Part shown: positions 49,804 to 63,519 of the stretch, in pieces | Numbering within the stretch: position 1 is the first letter of the stretch | Layout of the letters: the number at the start of each line of letters is the position of its first letter | Origin: Takakia lepidozioides | Lineage: Eukaryota; Plantae; Bryophyta | NCBI GenBank assembly: GCA_030704615.1 | Contig: CM060731.1 | Coordinates: 40,982,001-41,046,000, forward strand | DNA: 64,000 nt | Reading direction: 5' to 3' | Made by a program: the position numbers and the translations under genes | Notes under the pieces: generated by a model | What the model was told of the DNA's origin: nothing | Databases searched by the model: none | What the model saw: the letters and a program-made list of their open reading frames with translations, nothing else

Positions 49804-50719
49804 AGACCATGACAAAGATGAAGACGAGCGAGGACATAGACCATGAGCAAGACAAAGACGAGCGAGGAAGACCAAGACATGCAAAGGAGGAAAGAATGAC
49901 AAGGAGGGGAGTGTGATCACACACCCCCCGAGCTCAAGGTGAAGATTCGGCCGTTGTTCATTTCAAATATGAACACGTGTCGTGCATCCGACACTATGGC
50001 CTTTTCGACTTTGAGACGTTAAACCCTAAACCACTTACAGTCCTCCAGACAACTAGATGTAGTGATTCACACAACTGACATTTGGTTGGCCTGTTATGCA
50101 GGCTTGTTCTGTAATCTCCAGTGGACATCATACAGTTTCTTTGTTTCTTTCATTTTTTGTAATGCTTGAACAGTTCATATCCTCAATGTCTTATTGCGGT
50201 CCAGGCTTCAAGCAAATGAGAGGTAGTCCTGGTAGGATGGTCAATGTCCTTAAAAGCGGCCTTGTCTATTATCCATCCAAAAACTTAAGGTCTCATCTAT
50301 CATGGTTAATATATGCTTGGATAAGAAAATGACTCGGTATGTCTTACAATCACGGGGAGGGTTACCTCGACTCACTAGCTGATCTCTTAGCACAATTGAC
50401 ACCAAGCCCTTGACACGGTTTTCATGTGCATGTCAGCATGCTCCAAAACAGCCAATGTGGCTGTTCGGGGCGAGTTTGGCATTCGTTCCTTAAGCTCCCG
50501 ACGACATAAATTCAAGGTCAGATGGTGGGGCCAGTTGCAACAATGAACCGATATTAGCCTTGAGTAGTTCTCTGACTCTTTGTGGGCCCTTCTATGGTTA
50601 TTTGTTTGTTGTTCTACTCCTTGTGGCCCTTTAGGAATCCCACAGACGTGATACACATATCTCTTTCCTCACTTTCGGTCCTTCACTGACTACCAGAAAT
50701 GTCACACCGTATGTCTGCA

Positions 50720-51325
50720 TCTGAAACTTTTCACCTTTGAGACAACATTCTGCAGCACGCTGTGCTAGCTTCACATTGCCATGTATTCTGCAGGCACCAA
50801 GTAAAGCCCCACACTAAAGCATCTGGTTTAATTGGCATTATGTTGATGAAATTCTCCGCCTCATCCAAGCGCCCTGCACGGCCAAGAAGGTCAACCATGC
50901 AGCCAAAATGTTTTCCTGTTGGAATGATTCTATTATCACACAGCAGATTGATGCTTGTGTGAAGGGTTTTCTAGAGGATATCTGGAAAACCCGGATTAAT
51001 TCCTTATATGATGGTAAGTCTTACTACCACAGTCAGCCCCTGACGGAGGTAGGTTCTGTTCCTTTTGTTCCCGCTCCCGCTCAAACTAGGCGCAGGGTCA
51101 ATGGCCACAAGGCTACGGCATACAACGTCTTATGAGTACAATCTATAATCTCTACTCATAGAATGGAAATAGTGTTGTCCTTCATCTACTAGGCCCATAT
51201 GGCTGCATGCAGACAGAACTGCAATGAGTGTAACATCATTTGGCTTCACCCCTTGCTGTTTCAAAACTTGGTTGAAAAGTTGCAGAGCATCTTTGCCATG
51301 CCCTTGCTGAGAATATCCGAAGACC
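50720..51325 (-). pseudogene. PLS-PPR C-terminal (P2-L2-S2-E) pseudogene fragment split by a 204-bp insertion
   Basis: GYSQQGHGKDALQLF...VKPNDVTLIAVLSACSHMGLVDEGQHYFHSMSRDYR joins [41 protein letters not shown] once 50938-51141 and one TSD copy are removed. Confidence 0.9.
50938..51141 (-). mobile_element. Short non-LTR retroposon insertion with 9-bp TSD
   Basis: Flanked by TCTATTATC (50929-37) and TCTATAATC (51142-50). The 3' half is shared with 48384-48476 and the 5' half with 63417-63496. Confidence 0.8.
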
Positions 51326-53863
51326 TGCTTGCCCTCTTCTACAGCTGGGCACAGGGAGTGTCGTTGAGGCTGAAAAGGGGAAATTTGACCAGGTCATATC
51401 CGTTTGTGTTACTTCGAAGGTGTGGGCCAGCCTGCCAGAAGGTCAAAACAGGTGCATGCTGACATATGAAAGTCTGGCATCGTGGAGATTGTTGGCTGTG
51501 AGGTGGGGATGGGGTTATCATCTTTCCTGGTAAATGAAGATATGATTGACATATCTCCTCTCCCATAAACTGTCACATTTCTTATAGGAAGTTCTTGTGA
51601 CGCCCTTGACATGCTGTTGATGTGAATGAAAGCAGGCTGCAGTAGCAACAATGGAGAATTCAGGGTGTTTGGATTGGGGCAGAGCATACCATGGAAGAGA
51701 ACAAGGGGCCCAATAGTTCGTGCAGTTGGGGGAGGACTCTTACTGTCCTTAGAACCCATTTTGTACAGTCCTGCTTATAAGCAAGGGCGAGACAGTTAAT
51801 AGTATCGATAATGTATGGGTATGTGGTCACTGACTGTCTTGTGAACAAACCTTTTTTTGTTCTGCCCATATTGTTTCTGACATGTGAGGAGAGGATCGTC
51901 TTCATGTACGGGAAGTAGACGTGAATGTGTGCATGCATTTTCTGGCCCATTTGCATGCTTTCCAGGAACAAAGACCAGTGGAATGGGGGGTGTCTCCAAA
52001 GGAGCAGGACCGAATGACACATTTTTGTGCTTCCCTTGCTTTCATTCTCACCGTTGTTCCATTCTCTCACCTGCCCAACAGCAGCACTCTCGAAGCAATA
52101 GCATGACATATGTTCGCACATGGTCTTCTTCACCAGTGAATGAGCTTTTATGCTACATGTACTGCCCCGTCCACATTAACGTTGATCCCTGCAAGCACTT
52201 GGCAAGACACCCAGAGCCGCAAATCCAGCAACCACCACAAACACATCTAACTGATTGTAGTGACACGAGAATAGCTCACTTGTAGAGGAATTGAACCTCC
52301 AGCCAAATGAATGGCTCTGCCCCTTGTAGCACAAGTGCGATGCAAAACAAGGTGAGTACAAAATGAAGAAGCACTTACGAGGTCCCCATCCCTGGGATGG
52401 GCTCCCACTTCTGCTCTGGAACTGTGCAGGCCTGAGTAGCACCAAATTGCATGAATCCTAAGCCTGAATGTCAAATGCAGGTTTATGTCGCGATGTAGCA
52501 CGCCATCATCTTACTTGTAGTTTCCAGTTTCACTGGTGTCACATTTGCCTTCAAGTCAACATCAAAATTAAGTCCACCTATGCGCAAATCGCAGAATCTC
52601 TCATGACACCATCTGCGTACCGAAAAACTGGTTTGGCATGATATAATTGTAGTTCACAACCTTAATGAACGCTTTCAGCCTTTACCTCTCCGTGCGCTCC
52701 ATCGTGCCTCCATCCAGCACATTCTGTAAATGTTGAATGACCAAGAACCCGATGTCACACCGTTCTGAGAAGCCATTACGCGCGCTCACAGTATACGAAG
52801 GCCTTGCCGTGTCAGGATTTGCATTCCCACGTCCCGCCATGTCCGACGCAGCACTTGCATCCCTGCCAGACAGGCCAGGTGGAGGCAGCATGTATTAAAA
52901 TATCTATTCCCCCAAGGCCACATTTTGTTTACCTCTTTTTGTGAAAGCCACGTCAACAAATGTGCTGCCGAGTCATGGGTGCAATGAATGCGCAGTGGTT
53001 CATGGAGTCGTTGAGTCGACTACATATTCACTTTAATGAATAAATATCTTTATTCCATTAATCGAATTAGGAATGAAAATTTGTAGTCGCATGTGCAGTA
53101 ATTACAACCACTTGCAATTTTGGCTTTTTCAAATTTTGTCTATTTCGACTCTCCAGTAGTCCCGTTTACTACCAAGTAGTTCCCGGAGTGGTCGCGGACA
53201 TGCAGTCGATTCGAAAAAGACACGAATGCTTCTAGTGGTGAAAGCCAGATCTAGGAAGCATACGGTGACCAACATGAAAGGACCTTGTGTGCCTGGGCAT
53301 CCTCCCCAACCTCCTGCATACTTAAAACAGAGGTTGTTGTCATTGAGTACTCATGGATTAGATAGAGAGGAGCCAGACATGATCAAGTGTCAACGATATT
53401 AGGGGTTTGAATTGATGCTCAATACTTGGCTATAGCCTTAATATGCAGTAAGAGACTTTACTATGGACTTTGATGAACGGATGAGACCCATTTTTTTTTT
53501 GGGGTTGAGCATAATATACTGGGTACTGCATTGCGTGGCGGCTACTTTGCTATAACCACTAATCTTCCTAAGTTACTACTGCAGGAGACTTAGGGTTGCA
53601 TATTGCATTGCATCCATTGTGCATGTAAGCATGGTGCTCATGTTTGGACCTTGGTGTGTGGCCTTTGGCTGACCACCGCATTGCTGTCATACTTGCATTG
53701 ATGGCCTTGTGGTTGAGGCTACTGCCCCAAGGCTGTGAGCCCAGCAATACCTGCATCCATGTAGAAGTTGCATGTAGAAGCACTAGTCTGGTCCCCTTTC
53801 AGCTAGGGGTGTGTACCTTGGGGGGCCGGGGATTTCCCTTGAATTCTCGCCTTCATGTGATCA

Positions 53864-54212
53864 TGCATGGGCTGCCAGCTGGGGCAGCTCCGTGAGTTCA
53901 AATTATCCCACCAATGCAAGGCCACTGTAGGTGAGAGATAAATGTGAGGCTGTTGTGCTTGATTCAAACTTTTGTTGTTGTGCTGTGTCTCTGCATTTCG
54001 GGAGCCTTGGGCTTGTGTGGAACTTGGCCAAAAGCCCCATGCATGGGCTGCCAGCTGGGGCAGCTACACGTGGGATAAAATCCCACCCATGCAAGGCTAC
54101 TATGGGTGAGAGCTGAAGGTGTTGGTTGCTGTGCTTGATTGAAGCCTTTGGCTAGTGTGCTAGTGGATTTCATTTTGGAAGTCTTGGGCTTGTGTGGAAC
54201 TTGGCCAAAAGA
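53864..54212 (+). repeat. ~176-bp diverged tandem duplication
   Basis: GCATGGGCTGCCAGCTGGGGCAGCT, ATCCCACC.ATGCAAGGC and CTTGGGCTTGTGTGGAACTTGGCCAAAAG each occur twice, ~176 bp apart. Confidence 0.8.
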
Positions 54213-57200
54213 ATGAGAGCACTAGATGGTGGAAGCTGTTGTACTGCACATGAATGGTACTATCAAGTTGTCATTCTGCTTCAGCAAAACTGCTATTGCC
54301 TATGCAATTTTGACCCCCCTTACTTTGACCAGCAGCCAATCAGAAAATGTAAATCCAATTTCTGCATTCTATGGCTCATTAGAAACCCCTATGTGCTGGA
54401 CAACATCTGTGAACAAGATGAAGCCATGCAAATTTCATCCCGTCAATGAAAATTGCAAATTCCTTTAATTTCCCCTTTTCTTTTGGAGGGGCCCTGCAAG
54501 AAATAGGCCCCACACTCAACGGTGGCGTTTCTCTGGTTTTTGCTTGATTGGCCTGGCTTGATTGGCTTGGAAATTCTAGGTGTCTGCAATGAGTAGGTAC
54601 AAGTACAATGTCTGGTCAATTTTCTTTTGGAGCTGGGGTCAACATTTTCCAAAAAGTCAACACTGGGCATTGGGCGTCTAAGGGTTAACAAAAGGGCGAG
54701 AATAAGTGGTTCATATTTTTTGCGTTTATAGGGAGTGATTGGTCTAGGCGTTCATGGCAGAATATAAATTTAATTATATGGATAGTGAGGGAGGGGCAGG
54801 GACTATCGGTGCCGCTGAGGAAATAATGAATCCTTGGACAAAGACAAAGTCGTGTTAGGCAGTGGCAGAGGTGGATGAAGCACATGGAAGACAAGAGATT
54901 GTGTGGTCTCATGGTCTATCTTGGAATGTGCCAATGTTTATGAGGTTGAACCATTTGGGGATAAGATTTGCTAGGAGTTTGGGGGGCTTAGTGGGTTGTC
55001 CCTATTAATTAATATACCTATGGTTCGTGTTTATGTTTTGTTTTTTTGGCTGTGCGCCTGCAGAGTCCACCACTTATTAACTAATAAGTGATAACTTAGT
55101 AAATACTTAGGCAGGGGATCACGTTTATATATCCTCTCAGGGCGGTGGGACCCTTCTAGAAGGTTGCCCTGTGACACGTGTGAGCCCTAGAAACTGGCAT
55201 GCCACACCTTCTTACCCAATTTGCAGCCTGAACCCTCCCCCATTTAATAGTTGTCGGCTTCATGCCTTTTTTTTTTTCGTGGTGTAGCTTACTATAATCA
55301 CCCGCTTTTTAATTCCTGGACCACTCTCTAATCCTCACATGCCCCTTCAAACCTGGGCCCTTATTGTTGCCAGACTCTTAGATTATATTGAATTATTTGG
55401 AGACCATGTAGTGTGGTGTCCACAATATGTATGAGAAGATGCGAACATGCGTGTCCACTTTAAGGAACACATTGTGTAATGTTTGTTAAGGTATAGTGAT
55501 GGCTAAAATAGCAAGTTGAACTAAGCTGTACTTACCCCAAGGAAATTTAGTCCACCTTGAGATATAGTGTGTCCCGATTTTAATAGAAAATAATGCAAAA
55601 AAGAAAAAACTGGGACCACCTGCTGTGGCAGTCCGGATATTAATAAAAAATAAAAATAAAAATTGGACCACCAGTTTTTTTTTGTTTTTTGTTTTTTTTT
55701 TCTGGTTTCCCCTAGCGACCAATGGACAACAAAGACAGTTCGGTTGGGTGACCTTGGCTATTTGTTTGTTTGTTTGTTTTTTTGTTTTCGGTTTTTTTTT
55801 TTTTTTTTTTCCTTGGGTCGTGTGACCACTGGGCGAATCACCAGATTACCAAAGGTGCAAACGTGGCAAGTGACCGTGTCTGCAGTAAACGGAAGTAGTG
55901 ATTTTTGTCACCATTTAGTCACTACCACTTTCCACCATGGATATGTATATAAAGATTTTTAGATCTTTATATTTTCATGGAAATTATGGGTGATTATTGG
56001 GTGATCAAACTCACCCAATAATTTTGATAATTATATTTTCAGAGAACAATGCAAAATCACAGGATATGACATGTAATTTTTTGGTGATTTATTCGACTTT
56101 ACATTTTCTCTTTCTGGAATGTACTTTAATATGTGGCAGTATTCATGAAGCAAGCTTCAACATTGATGGAGACATCGTTTTTGAACTGCCACCTCCGACG
56201 TCATGTGGAGGTTTGGCTGGACTCATATAACAAAAAACAATGTTACAAGGTGCCTACAAAGGAAAAGAAATGATATGGGGACCTATTTGGCAAGCACAAC
56301 CTTTGTCTATGCATGTGGATCCAAGATTCCCAACCCACTATTATTATTTTTTGAAAAATAGAGTTGAGACCAAACTACTAATGTTTGCTTATCTGGCGAG
56401 GCTGGACATGCACCACGTAGGAAAGTGCAGATAAGAGATTTCTTATACTTAATACTGGAGGAATGCGGTAACCAAACAACAACAAAGACCAAAATGAGGT
56501 TAGCATTTAAAATGAAAGCATGGCGGAACTCCAGTAGGCCAGTTTGGATTTGAAGTTGGAGATCAAAGGTCGGAAGTTGTGATGGTCCGACAAATCTGAC
56601 CAAAATTGTGCTCCAGTGGTGCATGGTAATCCCAAGGCAGCATCCACTTGAGACCCATATCATGATTCCAAGATGCGCAGTGGGAGATTAGAGAGCCATG
56701 GGGGAGGTGAGAAAGAAGACCAATTGATTTATGCCAGTTTATGCCACAGAGCTGAGAAGGGTCACAGAGACAATGTCTGTAATCCTCTGTGAGGACAGCA
56801 ACAATCCATATGGGATCAAGTGATGGGTGTAAAGGTTGGTCCATAGGATATTAACATTTTAATATGCATCTAGGGACCAATATCTGAACCTTTGGTGGTC
56901 CTCACAAGTTTAGGGTTTAGGGTATGCATCTATTGACCCATAAATTTGAAGCAAATTGGTCCACAGGTTTCTTGGTCTTGGTCCATAGTCTACAGTGGCC
57001 CTCACAGTTGGATGAGGATGAGGCTCCTGCATCAACTGCACTCTTTGGTGAGGCTCCTAAACTGCGTCATCCACACAGAAATCAACCTCCAAACTCCAGA
57101 CATATTGTCCACTCTATGGGCAACAACACCCTAGTGCAATTTGATTACTCTTTATTACCAGAGCACTAGCTCAGACAACTCATCATGTTTAAGTTGACAT

Positions 57201-57809
57201 CAACTGGTGCAGAAGAAATAATATTTGGAGGTCAAGGCTCTTCGCAATTTGCAATCCCTTTGTCAGAAGTGCTAGTCAGTGGAGGATCTCGTCGTACAGA
57301 GTTGGAAGATCCGGATCTCTTAGCCTCCTTTCTGAACTCCAGTGGCCACCAATGTTTTGATGTTAACAAGGTCTAGGCTAAGCAAACGCCGTATTTGGGG
57401 CCTCCATTCCCCATTCGCCCAAAAAAAACCCAAAAGACGAATAAAGATGGGCAGCACCTAAGTAAAATGTTTCTGTAGTAAGGTCTAAGGCTCAAATCAC
57501 TGGCAGAAGCTCATCCAATGATGAGTCGAAGGAAACTAAAGTAACTGAGGTCTCTCATCTCACTTACCCAAAGACCATATCTACAACTCAATCCAAGAAA
57601 TCACACCTCGCAAACTTGGAATTACATAAACGATGCCCTGGTGATCCATAGTAGTTACAGGAAAAAAGAGTTGTGTAAGATTGATGCTGACATCTATTAT
57701 ATCCACCTGTGAGCGCAAACCAAAACAGACAAAGAAGGCGGAAAAACTGGAGGATCTAACATCACACCACTCCAATCTCTCACAGGCCAGAGCTTTAACA
57801 GACACACAA

Positions 57810-60207
57810 TCACCGCCTGCGAAGTCCCCGGGCTACCATAGGATCAGATGGGCATTCCACTGCCACGTGGCCACGACCCCCACAGTTGTTGCAAATGATG
57901 ACCTGCAACAAGTATTTTTAGCACCGCAATTAGAATCCATCCAGAACTCTTTCACGGATAAGAACCTAATGATATGGCCGTATTCTCCTGTAACCTTGCT
58001 AATTTATTAGTATGGTTCGTATGCTGCTGATTCCATGAAGTGCTTTGAAATTCCTCTGGGACACTATCCCATACCTATTACAGTGAGGTGATGTTTTCCA
58101 TCCAGTAATTTACAGAGCATACAGCTCTACTCACAACCAACAGAGCGAATGGATAGATGTGTCTTTACAAAACAAGAGCAAGCAGCCTGGTAGCAAGCCC
58201 TAATGTGAGCAACAAGTAAACATCTTGAACACTTCCAGACAATCACTAACCTGTGGGCACTCCTTGCTCTTGTGACCTGGCTGGTGGCAATTATGGCACA
58301 CTATGTCATTGAAAGTTGGCACCGCAGCTCTGGAAGAAACAACAAGACGGGGGCATTCACGTGCAATGTGCCCTGGTTGACTGCACCCATTGCACACAGG
58401 GCTGTTCAGGCAGTCGCGTGCCAGATGTCCTGACTGGCGACAGTTGTTGCAAGCCTTCTCATTGGGACAGTCAACTGCCAGGTGTCCAGGTCGGTAGCAA
58501 TTGTTGCAGAGGCGCGACTTGGGGATACCAACTTCCTGAGCTGCACATCCCTTGGCTATGTGTCCAGACTTCCCACAGATATTGCAGATTGGCTCACTAC
58601 GGCACTCACTTGCAATGTGCCCAGGCTTCTTGCAGTTGCGACATAATGGCTCTGTTGGGCAAGCAGCAGCAATGTGTCTGTGTCCCCACGGCGATACAAG
58701 TAGAACTCGGATTAAAAAGTTGCTATTAACTCCAACATGTTGATAAATTAATCCACCATACAGATTACTGGTATGTTAGGGAATATCCTCATCTATGGGC
58801 AGAGACATCCACTTTTCCAGGTGAGACAGTTTCCCCTATCTTTAATGTCATTCTTAAGCGAGTATGGCTTAAATATTTCTGGAGGAGAACTCATGCACTT
58901 CAGCCATGCCTGTGTCCCAAACCACACAAACCAAACAAATTCCACTCCATTGTCACAAACCTACCTGATCAGTAGATCGTCCGACGACTTCACATTATAC
59001 CTTAGCCGTACACATCTGTTGCTTCCACATCATTATAAGTAGGGGAGGAAATGCCACCTACCCTGAGATTCCACAATTGTTACATACAGATGCATTGGGA
59101 CAGTCCCGAGCAAAATGCCCTGTGCGCCTGCAATTGTTGCACAGCTCAACCAGCGGCCTGAACACCCAACCCACAGATGCACACAAGCGGGCGCAGATAT
59201 GTTTAACACATGGTGACTGTTCAGGACTGCAACATTCAGGAAGGATAGATGTCAAACCCAACTACTAAGGCCCAGGCCAGCATTGTAAGGAAGAAATTAT
59301 AGTATAACATTCTTGCTCCTTATTCAGTTGTAAATAAACCCTATATCCCTCTCCTGCTTATTTTACAGATACATCCTGCGTTTGAGTATCATGGAGACTA
59401 TCAACCAACCACAATCCCTGTAAGAATTTTGCACGACTGCTTATCAGCAGCACTAGCAAAACCATGCGAAAGTAACTGCCATGTACAGGTGTTCTTTAGA
59501 TTTTCCCACCCCCTTGCTAAGCTGAGCCCCCAAATACAAGGGACGGGTCAGATATTTACCCTTTCAGGCAGCTCCTTCACAAACATGTTCTCTACCCCAT
59601 AACAAAAAGTCCTTTACACTCCTCCTCACAACCAACCCTTCCTCAAACCTTACATTCCCTTCCTTCTCCCTCCATGTCTTCTAAACAACCTCCCTCCACT
59701 TTAGCATCCACAATCCTCAACTTCTACCCAACATCCCTTCAATCATCCAACAAAACCTAACTTGAAGTCCATCCATTCTCATGCTCCTCCTCAACAATTC
59801 CCACTTCACCTCCACGTACATCCCCTCTCCCCTTCCACCACCCGTCTCCAAGGAACACTTCTTCCCCTTATAAACCCCCCTTAATGCACTCTGCCCCTTC
59901 ATCCAGTTTCTTTCTCCATTCTTTCCTCAAGATCACTTTCGGAAAAACCTCAAATCTCCAAGCTGCGAATGTGGTTGCAGCAGCACGTAGCCCGCGAGCA
60001 GATGCAACACGGAAGGATGTATCACCTGGACGAAGCTGCACGCGGCGAAAACCCATTGGTTTCACGAGGATAAAGCTTGTAAGGAATCGGGCGGCGGAAG
60101 GTTCGCTTTCCCACGATCCCACTCTGGATGCGGCGGGGTCCTCCCCTCGCCGCCAGATCGTCGAGACTCATTCCCAACTTGGTCTGCGTATCCAGCGCTG
60201 GCGACAT
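57810..60207 (-). CDS. Zinc-knuckle protein with nine CCHC fingers (CNBP/GIS2-like), ~265 aa; exons 60207-60026, 59157-59062, 58677-58251, 57902-57810
   Basis: Nine CX2CX4HX4C motifs (CNNCRRTGHFARDC ... CNNCGGRGHVAVEC); phase-consistent GT-AG introns; stop after ARGLRRR. Confidence 0.92.
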
Positions 60208-61189
60208 TCACACTTCTTATCTGAACCCCCTTGAGACGATGAACAGATTCCCGATCTCTTGAACCCCCTGCTCCTCCTTTCTCCAAAAAACACGCTCAAG
60301 GAACCTCACCGAGATAGCACAAGCATCAACAACCACGAGGTAACAATCTGGGAAACCTTTCTTTACAACACAGACTCCGCAGTCTATTGAGATGGAACAA
60401 CACGGCAAACGGGCCAAAACTGCACCTGCTGCCTCAAAACCTTCAAACAAACTTGTACGAATGCCAAGACTTCAATACACTGCTTACGTGCAGCCTCTCA
60501 ACCTCCCTCACTTCTCCCTTCCCACATACACCCCTCTGATCTTCACAGATCTATCGATCTAACCCTAATGCTTCCACCTCCTCCTCACATTCGCCACTGC
60601 TTCTTCCTCACATCTGCCGCCCTTCTTCCCTTTTGTCTTGTCTCTCTCCCTTCACTTCAGGAACCGGCCTGTCGCTTGAAAGCTTCCGATTATCTTGCGG
60701 TCTCTACTACCATCCACCGGTCATCCGACCGCATGGCTTGCTACTCAAAGGCCCCAAGCTATTAACCGAAGGTTATCTCAAGATAACATCATATTATCCG
60801 TTGGTCAAACTCTTGCTAATGTGGGACGGTTTTTCTGGTAGAAAGCTTCGTGTGCAACGAACTTTAGCGCGTGTTTCCGTCTTGACGGTCAGGATGCGTT
60901 TAACTTCTCATCGGACGGCTCTTACCTAAGCCAATACAGCGGAGTTTGACCTAATTGTTTCCTGTAGTGTAACGGAGTACGGGGTGTACGTTTGAGTAAC
61001 GAGAATCGGCAAAGAAATAGGCGGGTTTAGCTCCCGCGCTTTTGGGGGTCGCACGTTGTGTGTTCTTTGGAGCTTGCAAACCCTAGATCTGCGTGAGCAA
61101 GCTGGGATCCCAGGCTTGGCTCGATCGCCCTGTGTATATAGTATATAGCATTGTTGTATTGGGACGGGGGACGTGGATCGAGGGAATGC

Positions 61190-63391
61190 ATGGATTTTTC
61201 ACACAGAAGACGCGATCCGGAGGTGCGGGCGAAGAGGCGTCGATCCAGCGACAACACGGTGGAGCGACGCGGAGGCCAGGGGGGCTCGGGGGGCGGGCAA
61301 GTGTGGAGCAAGGAGATGGATGGCATGCTGGAGGTTCTGATCAAGGACACGGGTATGAGCGTTCTTAGTGTGGCTATTGAGCGGATTCTGCAAAAGCAGA
61401 GTCCGGATAATGCCAAGGTTGATTTTCTGGAGAAGTCCTTGGCTCTCGGGTGTCAGTTGCAACATGTGGCCAGCAAGCTGACCCGTGAACATGGGACTCA
61501 TCACAATTCAGTGGCATGGCCTCTTACACAGGATCTGACTGTGAAGGTATGGTTGTCAACGTGCTTGTAAATAGTCGATCTGGTCAGCTTTTTCAATTTT
61601 AGGGGTTAATTTTAGGGGTAGTGCATAATGTCGGGGTTTGAATTCTTGTGGCGGTGTAAATTATTGTTCGTTGTCTGGAAGTTCTGATTGTTTGTGAATT
61701 AGGGTTCACTGTTCTTGCAAGGGATAGGAGAATTGTCTGTCAATTCATTTGGAGGTAAGGCGCCACTTTTCTGATGGATTCCTGTGTGTTGATGAAGGTG
61801 TTCTCTCTGTTAGGCACACAGAGCTTGTGCTATGCTGCAGCGACATGCACCATGTTTAATAAGCTGGCCATGGATCCTGCCTGCTACGTGGATATAGATC
61901 TAACCACCCGTGGGGGGCCTAATAATGTCAGTAATCGCACAGTGAACAAGGTCGTCCAAAGGGCCGGGAAGTGCTTGCGGTGAGTTACAAGGTTTTTGTT
62001 TGCAACTGATTGTGCACATTAAAGGCTTTTCTATGGATATAGTCACAGCACATCAGAGGGTTCTTCAAAAATTCCAGCTTAGCGTACCTCTCTCTTGAGG
62101 AAAGTCGTAAATCTTTGCTCAGAGATAGCTACTCTGGAGTTATGGCAGACAGAAGTATTGACAGTCCTTGAGATTGTGCAACTAGCAAATTCTGGGGGTA
62201 CTGACCAATTTCTATCCTTGTGGAATTTTCTTCGATGTGTGATTTGTTTCTTTGAATTCTTGAGTTTATCATCTTCCTGAATAGGTTCTTGGACCCTCGC
62301 TATCATGTGTTTTACATGGAATACTTGTGATTCAACAGAGGTTCTCCTGGTGATTGAGTTTATATCCATTACCATTCAAGTTTCTTGTTCTGGCAATAGA
62401 CATGTATGTTCAAAATGGGGCTTCTTGTCTTGAGATTGCTGGGGTGTGATCATTTTCTTTAAATTCGTTTCTACTGCTCTAAAGGGATCACATGACCTTG
62501 TCGATTTCCTTGTAACTAAATATCAGATATACCATTTGTGGTGGATGATTGGGGTGAACCTGATCCGTTGCTGGTTCCTGTAACTGCAGGTCGCTAAAGC
62601 TAGGCATACTTCCTCGGCAGAACAGATTGCCAGGTTTGGAAACTCCAAGACTTTTCATAGGAAAGCTCCGTGACAGCCCTCCAAGATCGGGTGTCACACC
62701 TGACAAGGTCGTGACCTTGAGATCTACCAGCCATGACTGCGATCCGCTGACCAAAACCTGCCTTGAGTCACTCTCTTCAGACCATGGCGTTGCTGGGTGT
62801 GTTACCTCACTAATACTCTTTCTGTTACCTGTAACCCGAAAGACAACACATGTTTTTCAGCTTGGATTACTCGTATCTACTTATGCAGTCTAAAAATGTA
62901 ACTAGGCATTTTCTTGAAATGTTATTCTGCTCTCACATCTCTGAAGGCTTTATGTTCGTTTTCAGCGTGGAACTTTTGAAACTATGGTTATTCTAAGTTG
63001 TAAGGTGTGCATGGGCATGCAGGGCCATGCTGAAGACGCTCCATGTCTTCAACATGGATCACATGGACAGCAAGTACCTTTGCCGTGCCATTGCAGCCTG
63101 CCCTTCTTTGACAGACCTGGAGGTTGTGGGCCTGTAAGCTCCTTCACTTTCTCTATCCTCAGGCCAAGGGAAATAAGTTATTCTAGGTGCCAATATTTCC
63201 TTCTCTTGGTAAGTGTACTCATCATTTAATTGTATGAAAAGGGAAGCAATAAGCAAGGACTTTTTTGGTGCATTGCAACAGATACATCAGTATCAGGTCA
63301 CTGATGGAGTGCCTAGGAACCTATTGCCCTAAGCTGGAGCGTCTGTGTTGCCAACCAGGAAAGTCGAGTGGCTTGGGTGGCTGGGGCTCAA
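61190..63391 (+). CDS. SKIP17: F-box/LRR protein, SKIP17-like, 5' part; exons 61190-61546, 61798-61979, 62590-62796, 63023-63133, 63282-63391; continues past the last exon seen
   Basis: HNSVAWPLTQDLTVK|VFSLLGTQSLCYAAATCTMFNKLAMDPACYVDIDLT...RAGKCLR|SLKLG...ACPSLTDLEVVGL matches the recalled SKIP17 family; intron phases are consistent. Confidence 0.85.
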
Positions 63392-63416
63392 GTAAGCAAC
63401 CCATATACATGTGGCA

Positions 63417-63519
63417 ATTGACCCCGCACTCAGTTTGAGCGGAAGAGAGAGAGAGATTGTACTCATAAGACGTTGTTTGCCGTAGCCTTGTGGCCCGGAA
63501 GAGAGAGAGAGAGAGAGAG
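63417..63519 (+). repeat. Intronic retroposon-derived fragments interleaved with (GA)n
   Basis: ATTGACCC.GC.C..AGTTTGAGCGG and TTGTACTCATAAGACGTTGT.TGCCGTAGCCTTGTGGCC both match the reverse complement of 51075-51141, in swapped order. Confidence 0.75.

Noticed and set aside
48384-51029. Inverted 93-bp pair as TIRs of a Pack-MULE
   Set aside because: No flanking TSD; the right copy is part of a separate TSD-bounded insertion in a PPR pseudogene.
56000-57380. Possible decayed DNA transposase
   Set aside because: Many stops and no motif I can name with confidence.
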